In this document: positions 11,829-23,400 of the stretch, in pieces
Numbering within the stretch: the stretch's first letter is position 1
How the letters are laid out: each line of letters starts with the position of its first letter
DNA from: Orbicella franksi
Taxonomy: Eukaryota
Length of the DNA: 64,000 nt
Direction: 5' to 3'
Assembly: GCA_964199315.1 (NCBI GenBank)
Contig: OZ116703.1
Coordinates: 19,654,001-19,718,000 of the forward strand
Program-made: the position numbers and the translations under genes
The notes under the pieces: generated by a model
What the model saw: only the letters and a program-made list of their open reading frames with translations
Database searches by the model: none
Told to the model about the DNA's origin: nothing

Positions 11829-12045
11829 AAGGTCAACGTAGTGACCAATGGGGCCTGAAGCTTATCTCCGGTTTCCGTAGCTTGTTGCGACTAGGAATGT
11901 TTCTAACCCACCCCTCGCCCCCAACTTCCGATGGACTGATATTCCATTGCAGGGTTACCACCCCCACCCTCTTGCCGCCACCTAGCTAGCAGTTTATTCG
12001 TTAGTTTTCATTTATACATAGAGAGGAACTGTGAGAGTACAAGTG
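11829..12045 (-). mobile_element. Degenerate tRNA-derived SINE fragment
   Basis: Similar to the SINE at 43025-43314 (gcttatctccggtttccgtagc...gcgactagga...gcagggttacc...catttatac...gagagg..ctgtgagagt). Confidence 0.65.
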
Positions 12046-12929
12046 TACTCATTAACGGAATCGGGCCAATAATTGATATGAAAGCGCCAAATCCGATAGA
12101 AAATTCAATCAGAAGAATGAGACTAGCGGACAGAAAATCTACCATGCTGATGGGATCTAGAATAATTCATGCATATTGAAAATTAATTTCCATGGTAATG
12201 TATTTTATACAGTGAATTTCAATTCTTGTAAAGACGCGGGGCTAAAATCATTAAAAAGTAAATTGCTTGTATTGACTGTACTGAAAAAATATTTTCTTTA
12301 AGTTTGGAAAAGCGTTTAAAATATGGTTAATTGAAATTGTATAAGACAAAAAAATCCGTGATGTCAAGCACTTATTGATTTTATTGTTAAGCGATACACG
12401 TGTTGGGACAGACAGATTTGCATTCCTGTATAAAAGCAAACACAAAGCGTCCTCGGGTTATTGTTTTGATGAAAATTCAAAAATATGAATTTTTATTTTC
12501 ACCTCACCCTAAATGCGTGTACTCGTAACAACTAAGCTAAGAAAGGAGACAATTTATGACGGCTAAATAAAAACTGCTGTATATGCCCAGCAACAGTATA
12601 ACAATGTTTAATATCTTGTGGCTATTCCTACACGAGGCAGTAAATATTAATGTCATTGAATGAGATGGAGAGGATTTCCCTGCAAATTCACGTCCATTCG
12701 CTCAAGAGATTTCATTTCTCAATCAAAATGAAACTCCAACAATCTGGCGTTAACAAAACAGTTTCATTTTCTGTGACTGACCTCGGCTGATTCGACATTT
12801 TCGTAGATCAAAATAGCTTAAAGCGAGATTTGTAACTAAACCGTCAAACGTTTGTTTCACATCGATTGTGTTTACCCTATTGACTTTTTTTCTGCTCTAG
12901 TGTATATGATAAATAATTCGCTGGATACC

Positions 12930-13658
12930 TCAGAAACGACCCAAACCGTTCATAGCCTCATCCATCGTTGATTTCACTTCGTAAATCTTCTGTTGTTCGT
13001 CGTAAATCTTGTCCTTCAAGTCGCAGATTTGGCCTTCAAGCCTTCCAATTGTCCTATTCGCTGTTTCACAGCGAATTTCTTCATCCCGCCTTCGCTGCCA
13101 GAGCTCTCGAATTTTATTTTCGCACGCGTCTTCGCGGTCACCTCGCTTTTCTTCGGAAATTGCTAATTTCCGTAGATTTCTACCCACGAACCTGTTCTGC
13201 TCCTCCAGCTCGTTGCGTTTCTCCGCGGCTTCTCTTAAACGGACCCTAAATCGCTCTGTCTCCCGAGTCACAGTCTGCAGTCTTCTCCAGCATTCCGCGC
13301 ACTTGTTCTCGCTGTAATCGGCTGACTTTTCGTATTGTTTAATGGCAGCTTCGAGCTTCTCCATTTTTCGCTCATCCTCGTCTTCCACTTCATTCAACAT
13401 CTTGATCTGCCTGTTTTCTCGCTCATTTCTAGCAAGCTCTTCGCGATAGGCTTTCTCTTTGTCGAAAATGCGATCTTGGACGGCATCTAATTTTCCTTCT
13501 AGCAGCCGTATTCGTCTCTTCAGGGCGTCCACTTCTTTCTCCTTTTCGTCCGCTTCGTAATTCGCGAACGCTAGCTTTTTAATGGCGGATTTTTCCCGTT
13601 CCTCCGCTTGGTCAATTTCGTGCCTTACTTTACTCGTTTTAGCTTTGAATTCTTCCAT
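12930..13658 (-). CDS. Intronless tropomyosin-like coiled-coil protein, 242 aa
   Basis: 242 aa (short cnidarian tropomyosin length) with continuous heptad pattern. Motifs E.EV.AL.RRI.LLE and E.KI.EL; N-terminus MEEFKAK; ttaacATGG start. Confidence 0.85.
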   Translation of the reverse strand: MEEFKAKTSKVRHEIDQAEEREKSAIKKLAFANYEADEKEKEVDALKRRIRLLEGKLDAVQDRIFDKEKAYREELARNERENRQIKMLNEVEDEDERKMEKLEAAIKQYEKSADYSENKCAECWRRLQTVTRETERFRVRLREAAEKRNELEEQNRFVGRNLRKLAISEEKRGDREDACENKIRELWQRRRDEEIRCETANRTIGRLEGQICDLKDKIYDEQQKIYEVKSTMDEAMNGLGRF

Positions 13659-13709
13659 GTTAAATTAAAGTTCTCAGAACGTTGATCTTGCCTGCCCGTT
13701 CCTTCGTTG

Positions 13710-13835
13710 TTTATATATTTCCTTTTGTAATCTGAAATTCACCTGTTTCTCCAAGTGGAATAAATTATTACATTGCTTTAACCAATCAAATCGCAAGAAG
13801 AGCTGGTGGTATTTATATTTAGTGATTTAACCAAT
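13710..13835 (-). promoter_or_regulatory. TATA box plus two CCAAT boxes upstream of the tropomyosin-like gene
   Basis: TATATAAA on the minus strand at 13710-13717, about 50 bp from the ATG. CCAAT at 13782-13786 and 13831-13835. Confidence 0.55.
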
Positions 13836-15526
13836 GAGATTTTACATCAAGCTCCAAACAACAAAGGTTATAGCCGTTATCGAGAGCGACAGCAGTTAAA
13901 ATAGAAAAACCTTTTAAAATGGAGTTAATTCTTTTTCTATGAGATTTAAATTACTGTGTGTTTGACTATACGATATTAATCATATAGTCTTAAAAAGCAT
14001 ATCAGGAGAAAAAGTACTGCTAACATTGCTAAGGTGAGACGTTGACGATTTTTAAAACTTATCCGATCACACAAACCTCACGGACATCCTTCAGTATACA
14101 GCTATTACAAAACCCTCTTGCAAGACAAAATACGACTCAAAAAATGCTGATTCTTTTTGAGTGACGGTACAATTTTGACCGAGACAATGAAACTGAAATT
14201 ACATATTATACTCGCACTGGCCGCCACAATTTTTTATTGTTCCTCGGCATATTTCTGCCACGTGCCCCATTTCCATTTTCATTTTCAATTTTAGTTTGAA
14301 TTCGCAGATTAGCTGATCGATTTTAATGTGGTGTAAATAAAAGGCAATATAAATAATCTGGGTATAACGCTGCAAAAAGCACCGGCTGAATAGATTCAGA
14401 TAAAGGATATGTTTCTGGCCTTTCATCGGTTTTCCCCTCGAGGCTTAAGAATGTAAACCAAGTTAGACTCATCTCGCTACATGATCGTTCTTTGTTGCGT
14501 TAACTTTTACGTCGTTTCCAGGATATTTTTGGCCTTCAATGCCTCGTGTTATTAGTGTTTTGAGACGGTGGGAACTACCGTTCAACAGGTGTGTCTGAAG
14601 TAATTTGCCATGCTGCCAAACGCTTCCACTTCAACCTGGCAAGGTTCCGATTTCATATCTTATTTGCTCAAGACAATCCATCTGAATGAGAAGGCAGTTA
14701 TCCAGAGAAAAGATTCATAGAAAAAAAATTAAATGGAAGTAGTAGCCTAGAGCATTGTTGGCAAGAGACCAAACAAACTGGTGTATAAAATCTTCTTGAC
14801 ATTTCAGAATCATTACACTCGTATCAACCATTTATTCAACACAAATTTTGTTACACTGCGAAAATCTTCACCACGTTGGGTGATAAAACAAGTTTCACAC
14901 TGCTTAGCTGTAATGTCCCGAATTCAGGTCGCCTTGTAAAGAATACAAATTACGCAGTACGAAAATAAATATCTCGCCGCTAAAATTGTGCGAGCGTTCA
15001 CCAAGAGTTTTGTAGACAAAGTGTCGCCCTATTTGCTTGAAAATAACCAAATAAGGTAATAAAGATAGGCGGATTGTCCAGTATTTTGTTTAGATATTCC
15101 TCTAGATTTTACCTTTTTGGCAGCTGTTATTTAGTTCATTTTATCAATATGCATAATCTGAAACGTGGCCGCGCGACCTAGCGTTAACGTGCTTGTGGAC
15201 GAATTTCCTCATTAACTCTCAATTTTGTTCCGATTACACAAGCAGACCGTTTCTTCATTCCCCTCCGATACCTAGGAACAAAATCACCAAAGCAAGCTTG
15301 GGGTGCACATTTAGATTCACTCCTAGCACTCTTGTCCACCCTGACCTCGATTCGACCACTGCTCGTCGAAATTCGGAAACGTTCCTCTAAGTCGGGTGAA
15401 GAAAAATACACTTTTAGGCTGGATCCACTCTCGTCTCCAGAGCTATTGGTTTTGAGAAACAATAGGCTGGATACTGAAAACTCGATACTGAAAACAGGAA
15501 CATGAGTTAGATGGTACTCCCTGTCA

Positions 15527-15628
15527 CAATCTCGTTCTCAGAGCCCTCGTTACCCTTGTCCAGCGGAACGGGAAAACGTTTTCCCGTTCCGCTGGAAAAG
15601 GGTAACGTGGGCTCTGGGAACGAGATTG
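15527..15628. mobile_element. 102-bp near-perfect palindromic MITE
   Basis: caatctcgttctcagagccctcgttaccctt...aagggtaacgtgggctctgggaacgagattg folds on itself over its whole length. Confidence 0.8.
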
Positions 15629-17021
15629 GCCCCGTCATAGACATTTTAATGAGTACTGAGAAGAGTTTCTCAGTCTCAGTCTCGTCGACTTTTGGTCTTA
15701 CTTGATTCCGGCCTTTGATGGGGCTTGTCTTTTCTGTGAAAATCGCGATAGCCAAATTTCGCAAAATGAGATAAAATTCTCTTAAACTGGACAACTTTAG
15801 AAATCAAAAAAGCGAGGGAAATACAAAAACCGGAATGGACCGTTTTATAAGGAGGGACACGCATTACGGTCGAAATATTACTAAGCGCTTACGGCATTGC
15901 ATTGAAACACTAACTAGATATCACTACAGTGCAGTGGCGGATCTAGGGGAGGGGCCCGGGGCCATTTGTACCCTCATATTTGTTTGAGGGTACAAAGTGT
16001 GACAGGACGGCCATGTTATTAATGCAGCATTGTAGCAATTCCTCGGCCGCATGGTCATGGAAGGATCAATAAAGTACAAGGAATATTACGCAGCAATTCC
16101 TTCGAAAGTCGCTTTTCCACCGGTTTGACAAACGTACTAAGCAATTAGCAAGAAGGTATAACTTCTCACTGATAATAAAAGGCATCAAAGGGTGGGTTTT
16201 TCACTTCAGCAGGCAGAAATTTACACACAGCATAGCTGTAAAATTCTAAACTTTAACAACTCTGGATTAAAGTGGTTTAAATCAAGTTTTCAATCATGGA
16301 CACTTTTGAAAATACGTGTGTGAGTCGTTCTTAACGAGGTAAAAAGTTGTGATGTTATACATTTTAAGACTGATGAGATTAAAGACAAATTACTCTTTTT
16401 TGATGGAGGCCTCGTACCACTGACCTAAAAATAAAAATCGATTTAGGAGTCGGTTATTGTGAAATTTGTAAAACTGTTTATTGATTATGACGTAGTTATG
16501 ACAATACAGTGATAGATACTTTAATAACATCTATAAAAGTAACATATAATATTTAACAAAATACTCCTAGCTGACATTTAACAAAGGAAAATTGTCTTCA
16601 AAAATTGTAATTGACATCAATGATTTAAGCCTACATTGTTACTACTTTTTATAAAATGAAAGAAACGTGAATATAAACGTTACAACAGTTTATCTGGGGA
16701 CAATTATTACCGAATCTCTGGTCTCCTGCTTTGATTTTAAACCCTACCACACCAGTTATGAAATAAGAAATTCTCACTGCCTTTATCTGACAAACTAGTC
16801 ATCGGGTTAAAGTAATAACACAAAAAATAATTTGAAAGTTGATCTTGACAATAAATGTGAATCTTGTTCACCACTGACTGACTTCGTTATTTTTCAGTAA
16901 AAGTCGCGCATGGCCAAAGCAAGTACTCACAGGTTATCTTCGTCTCAAGTGAATTAAATTTATCGACCCAACATTTTGAGTCCGTCAAGCCATCACAAAG
17001 GGTCAACAAATACTTCTAGTT

Positions 17022-17261
17022 AATTAATAGTTCGTCTTGAGTGATCGTCCGGGTGAGGGTAGTTCTGAAAAGAACTGTGGTTGGTGACTGAAGTTCCAAC
17101 AACTTGAGCGGAAGTCACCTTCAGAGTCACGCGAAGACGACTTTCACTCAGGTTGTCGAAACGTCAGTCATCAACAACAGTTCTTTTCAGAACCACCCTC
17201 ACCTGGACGATCACACTATACGAACTACTGATACTCTATGGGTTGAAACCATTTACTGTGT
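17022..17261. mobile_element. PLE-derived inverted pseudo-LTR pair with 11-bp target-site duplication
   Basis: Inverted arms gatcgtccgggtgagggtagttctgaaaagaactg / cagttcttttcagaaccaccctcacctggacgatc and two degenerate hammerhead cores. TSD tacttctagtt at 17011-17021 and 17262-17272. Confidence 0.8.
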
Positions 17262-17467
17262 TACTTCTAGTTGAATTGAATAAGTCAATCCTCATGCAAT
17301 ACTAGGTTTTAGACATGTAAAATTAGAAACGTCACGGTGACTTTTCTTGTACTACCACTGGCCAGATCGGTCACTGGAAGAATTCTGCGTAGAAACAGCT
17401 CCCACAGAGATCTGATTTTTGAGCAAGTCTGAAATATTTCCTCCTGTCTTAAGTCCTGTTCAACTCT

Positions 17468-20400
17468 TTACACGAACCATACTGTACGTAAAAAGCCATC
17501 AGCTGTTAGAAAAGTGCAAAAAGAATAAAGTTGGTATTTAATTTTAATAGTATTATCTGTTTTAAAATGCTTTGGGGTGAAAAAATGCTTTGATAGTTGT
17601 TGGTCATTTGGCCATTGTGCAATCTGCTTTTTTCTCGCGGGTTACGGCGTAAGGCTTTGGTGAGGCCTTGGAAACAAGGCTGGGAGCATAAGCTAAACAC
17701 GAAAATACGAGGTGCTTTGCTTGTAGGGCAAACAAACAGCCACAACATTAAAAAAGGCAAGTGCGTTTCTTAGTTCACAGAAACCGTCCTGAAGAACAAC
17801 AAACTCGAAACCATGAAATATAATAAGGTGCATGGATTGTAAAGACAAATAAATCAAACTTTTCACATATCTTACCTATACTATACAAAACGACCTTAGC
17901 CTGAAATGAACAACAGACGGGCAATTGTTATTCAAGGACAGAAAGTTGTCAGTATGGAAATTGAATTACCACTGTCATTTATAGTCTAGGAACATGAAAA
18001 ACTTACAATCCTTTCAGTTGCCATTTCAAACACGTAACAGTAAAAGCTCTTGGCCAAAGTACATGTTGTTTCCCTGAAAACAGATAAAGAATTATTTCAT
18101 TTGGGATGTGTTGTATAGCAAAGGAAAGATCAGCAAGAATGAACACAACACGTCAGGTGAAATGACAAAATACCCGGTCAAATAACGTTACGTTCGAGTG
18201 TCGGAATGACAGGTAGAGACAGACACACAGATCGACAGAAGGACAGACAGACAGACAGACCAAAACACACAAGGATAAACAAGCAGACCGACCGTCAGAC
18301 AGACAGACAGACAGACAGACAGGCACACTGACAGAGAGGTAGACCAACAGACAGACAGACACAGGTAGACCGACAGACGTACAGGAAGACCAACATACTG
18401 ACAAACTGACAAACAGACCGAAAGAAAAACAGGCAGACCGAGCAAAAGACAGACAGACAGACATACAGACAAACAGACAGGTAGGTAGAGGACGGGAATC
18501 TTCTTACCCTGAAACAAAAGCTATCATTTCTTTTCTGTCTGCTCGCCGACCGCAGGATGATGTTTCAGTGAATGAGTGAACACTTAAAACCTGTAAAGGA
18601 AAGCCTATGTACATCAACTTAACCTCTGGGTTTTCCAGCATAAAAATATGTAAACATTCCATCGCAACGGCAATCCGCTAATTTTTCTACAATAAGAAGG
18701 CATTGAACTCCGGGCAAAAAGATCAAAAATTAGTTCAGTTTAGTGGCCTATATAATTTTCTGCAATTTTAAATTTTTGCGGCTAAATAATTCAAACCTTC
18801 GACGTCTCTTGGTCAGTAACAACGATGTTCGTCTCGGAAAGGTTTAACAAAACAGCCTGTAGAAACAAAATTGGTGACAAACGTGTAAGACACTTATAAA
18901 GAAAAGGAAATTTAAATAATCAAAGCACTTCTCAATAACAGAATGGCCCATTTCCGAGTTGTCCTAAGCGTCTTTATCAAAGCGAGGCTTGGCGCACAAC
19001 AATTCATATTAAAATGAGTTAATTTGCATGTGAATGAAATCTCACTTTCATATGAAGGGATGGACACCAAGACTCGCTTTTAGAAAGAGGCGAAAGGTAA
19101 TACGGAAATGGCCTATTACTGCCTGACAAAAGTGGAAGTAATTCCATCAACAGGTAAAATAATTCAATATAATGAAAAAAACTGTTAAAACGTTTAAGAA
19201 ATAATACTCTGGGTTTGTTGGCTTGCTTCAAAACTTCCAAAATGGAATCTTCTATCACTGCTACACCGCCATCCTTTAAAACAAAAGTTTGGACATAATG
19301 TAGTTCATTGTTGACTCATAAATGTAATTATTTGTTGCCTTCTACGTCATAACTTGTAAGAAGGTTTTATCCCAGTTAAAACATTCGTCTTCTTACTACC
19401 CACCAAAGAGAACACAATTGCAACCCGCCCCAAACTTTGTTCTACCCTAATGTTGTCCCCATATCTTATACACCTTTCACGCTAACTAAATCAGGTTTAG
19501 ATTTTTCCAATTTGTCGATTACGGTTTCAGTGCAGTTATTCTAAGGAGACAAATTTCAAACCACTTTGCTAACATATTTTATTCAAACAGGTTTTTGCGT
19601 TATTAAGTTGTGGGGTGTGTACAGTGAAAGCAACTAATTTTAAACCTTGTTTAGTTAAACAACTTTTAAGCATGTTTACCATGTTGGTGTGAATGAGGTA
19701 TTAGTCCGTTTGGCTGTAGGAGGTCTGGGTTCGAGATTACTTCTACGCATTACGGTAACAAGAAACTCTACCAAAGTGTTACGAGTCAAACACCCTGGCA
19801 AAATAAAATTAAAAAAAGGGAAAGAAAATAACAGCACCGCAATGTGTCTCACCTCACCAACGTCCAGTTTTCCGTAGTAGGTGGCTGAATATATAGCTCT
19901 AAAATGGGAAAAGTGACAAATTTGTCAACATTGTAGAGTAAATGTCTGTAAAGATTCTTCTTAATCATGTTTCAGTGGCCATTCCAAACTGCTCTTCAAG
20001 TCGTGTGACAACTTTTTTGAATTAATAATGGAGGAGTAACCAGGATTGTACAAATTGTCTTGTGCAAAAGAGTTCTCTGGTTAAGAATTTTTTAAAATGA
20101 TTGGAACGCTTTTGGCTTCCAGTCTTTAACTAGAGATTGCTTTTACACAAGATAACTTGTTTTTAATGAGTGTAAGAAGAACGCGAGTTGTGGAGTGGCG
20201 AGTTGCGAGTCGCGTGTTGTGTGTTGCGTGTTGCGAGTTGCGAGTTGCGAGTTGCGAGTTGCGAGTTGCGAGTTGCGAGTTGCGAGTTGCGAGTTGCGAG
20301 TTGCGAGTTGTTAGTTGTGGTTTGAGAGTTGCAAGTTGCAAGTTACGGTATAACATAAACTGTATGATGATTAATAGTTCACTTTACATCGTGTCCGAAG

Positions 20401-23400
20401 TGTGCACGGGAGTCTCTTCAAATCCTGCCAGCTGCTGTGGAGCTTTTTCCAAATCACTTTCTTCGTCATCCTTGTACGGGTCAGCAGTTATTACAGCCAT
20501 ACGCTCTGCAGCAGGCGGGAAAAACTGTCCAGTGGGTAGCTTACCCTGTTGAAATTAAACCAAGTGTGAAAAACGGGCGAGTCTGCATGGTGAAGGGATA
20601 TATTCAGGTTGAGTGTCTCCTACTGTTAATATACCACTACCGCTACTGCTACTGCTACCGCCACTGCTGCTGCTGCTGCTACTGCTACTACTGCTACTGC
20701 TGCTGCTGCTGCTACTGCTACTACTGCTACTGCTGCTACTACCGCTGCTACTACTGCTACTGCTTCTGCTCCTGCCTCTGCTTCTTCTGCTGCTGCTACT
20801 GATACTGCTACTGCTACTGCTACTGCTGCCGCTACCGCTACTGCTACTGCTGCTGCTGCTGCTACTGCTACTGCTACTGCTGCTGCTGCTGCTACTACTG
20901 CTGCTACTACTGCTACTGCTTCTGCTCCTGCCTCTGCTTCTTCTGCTGCTGCTACTGATACTGCTACTGCTACTGCTGCCGCTACCGCTACTGCTACTGC
21001 TGCTGCTGCTACTGCTACGCTACTGCTGCTGTTACTGCTATTACTGCTGCTACTGCTACTGCTAATACTTATATAGATTAAGTCCAGACTTGTTTGTGCT
21101 CACTGACCTTGAAAGTTGTCGACTGTGTGTCTAAATAAAGTTTAACTACGCCTGTGCAAGACCGAGTTACTAGCACAGGAACCAATGCAATATTTCGAGC
21201 TTTGCTACGAGATTAACTTCCAAAGTTAGAAAAACACTCATAAATGTGAACCTTCGGTGACAGCCGTTGATAAGCGAATCCAAAAACTACGCTAAAAGAC
21301 ACTCGAAGACTACGATACTACAAAAATAGTCTGCAAAAGGTCTGTAGAACATTCTCGATTTAGCTGCACAAGAACTTACAATTAAGGTAATATTTACTGT
21401 GAATGAGATTTGAATGAGATTCAACGGAAAAGAGGCGCCTTGCATCACTTTACTACTAAACTGCTAACGTAACAGAAAGGTATTTAGGAGTCCTTACCTT
21501 TACTAGAGTACAAGATACAGGTCTTCCTGTGTTTCGTCTCAGTAAATCTACAACCTTGATGAAAAAACAAGAGTGGGATCCAATGACTGTCAAAAGAAAT
21601 TATATTTCTCCGGTTTTGCATTCGCTGAGTTCATGCTTTATACTATAGCTAATCGGAGCAGACATTTCATCTTTCAATTAGGACCGAGTATAACACGGGC
21701 AACAATTTTGCAGTGCAAGTTGAAATGTGCTATTGCGCGTATCATCATCGGTGTTGCAAGTTGTAGCAGCATAAATTACAGTATGATGAACTCATCACGT
21801 CTAGTTCGTGCAGAATATTGCTGCAACTTGCAACACGAGTGGTCATTCACGCAACACCATTTTCAACTTGCGATGCAACATAATCGCTCGACAAGCTGTA
21901 ACAAAATGTTGCCCGTTTTTCGTCGCTTACCAAGGCCTAGTTTACACCAGCGACATATCGACATAAATACAACGACATAAGTAGGACGTTATGTCGTTTC
22001 GTTTATAGTGTGAACATCCTGACAATAATAGCAACATAACAGCATCAACATAACGACATAAGGAAAAAACTGATCTTTTCTTTATGCTGTTATGTCGATA
22101 TTTACATTGCGACATAAGCTATTATGTTGTTATGTGATTGTAATTATGCCGTTATGTCGCTGTGTGGTTAAACGTTTTACCGCCAATAGCAACGGTCACC
22201 AGTTTTCCCGCGAATGACCCGGGCTATACCACTTCCCCGCGCTTGGCACCGGTTACACGTTTCCTGCGGTATATCTGTTACATTATTTTGCTTTGGGTTC
22301 TGATTGGTCTGTTAAACTATCCATGTGGCATAAATAACCGAAATCGGACAAAACGAGAAAACTCTTCGGAGAACATCGGATATGAACAATCAAATCTTCG
22401 GAGAACAACGGATAAACGAACTGCTCGCTTAGGTTTTATGGTTTGTGACTTATCAACAGTAAAATGACCACTTTCGATCCCTGCTCGGAACTAAACTGGT
22501 GATCTCAGTCAAGGTATTTTGAGGTTTTTTGTTTTTTTTGCTACGTACAAAGTTACCTTTGAATTAAAGGAAACCTGAAAATAATAGTTTGCTTAGATAG
22601 AAAACAACAAAGAGCTAAAAATAAACTATAACGAAATAAAGATGGCGAAGATTGAAACGGATTACAAACGAAGAACTTGAAAAATTTAGGCTAAACTTTT
22701 CAAGATGCCCAAACCATGACGTAGGTACTTTAATACTCAGGAGTGAAGTTCAATTACTTACACGGCCAGCCTTCGACTTAAACAGAAAAATCCCCAGCAA
22801 CTCATCCAGTGTGTCCCCATATGCGATACCAGCCTGCAGGAAGGAAAGTGGTTAGAAATCAACAGCTAATGAACCAAGACTCGACACTTCTTCTTATATT
22901 AACGGAACAAGCATATGATAACATCAACAATCAAGACGTAAATTAGGGAAAATCTACACACATATGTCCAAATACGCACATTAAAACTACACGAAAACAT
23001 CAAGCTAGTTTCTGGACTAAAAGCTATATACAAAAACTACCGCAAGAAAGCTTCCTTTAATAAAAGGTAGGGCGTAAGCTTGGTACTTTGAAAAGGCGGA
23101 CACATTTTATGCTCCTGATGTCCGTTTCACTATTTAGCAGAGGAGACCATCATACCCGGCCTCTAGCGGAGCAGTGTGGAGGCAAAAATAATGGGGGCTT
23201 GATCTTTGTAAAGTCAGCTGGAGAGAGCCGTCCTAGAATGACCTGCAGGTGGAGGCAGCCTGGAAAGGAACCTAAGCACGAATCACTGCTGGTGGAGGAA
23301 GACTGGAAAGGAACCTAAGCTCCAATTACTGCTCTAGAAAGAGAAGACGCCCCTGACTAGTCAGGAAAGTAGGATGTTTACGAAACCACGACGGCGACGC

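Noticed and set aside
15184-15864. ORFs around the palindromic MITE, one with faint cadherin-like FRI..SG.I.V
   Set aside because: No ATG or consistent splice path; removing the MITE does not restore a frame.
18153-18517. SVCL-repeat ORFs
   Set aside because: Translation of the (CAGA/TCTG)n microsatellite.
20437-21065. Poly-Leu and poly-Cys/Tyr ORFs
   Set aside because: Artefacts of the CTG/CTA microsatellite within an intron.
23248-23320. Direct repeat ggtggagg..gcctggaaaggaacctaagc twice at 43-bp period, as a CRISPR-like array
   Set aside because: Only two units, eukaryotic intron and no cas genes; a simple tandem duplication.
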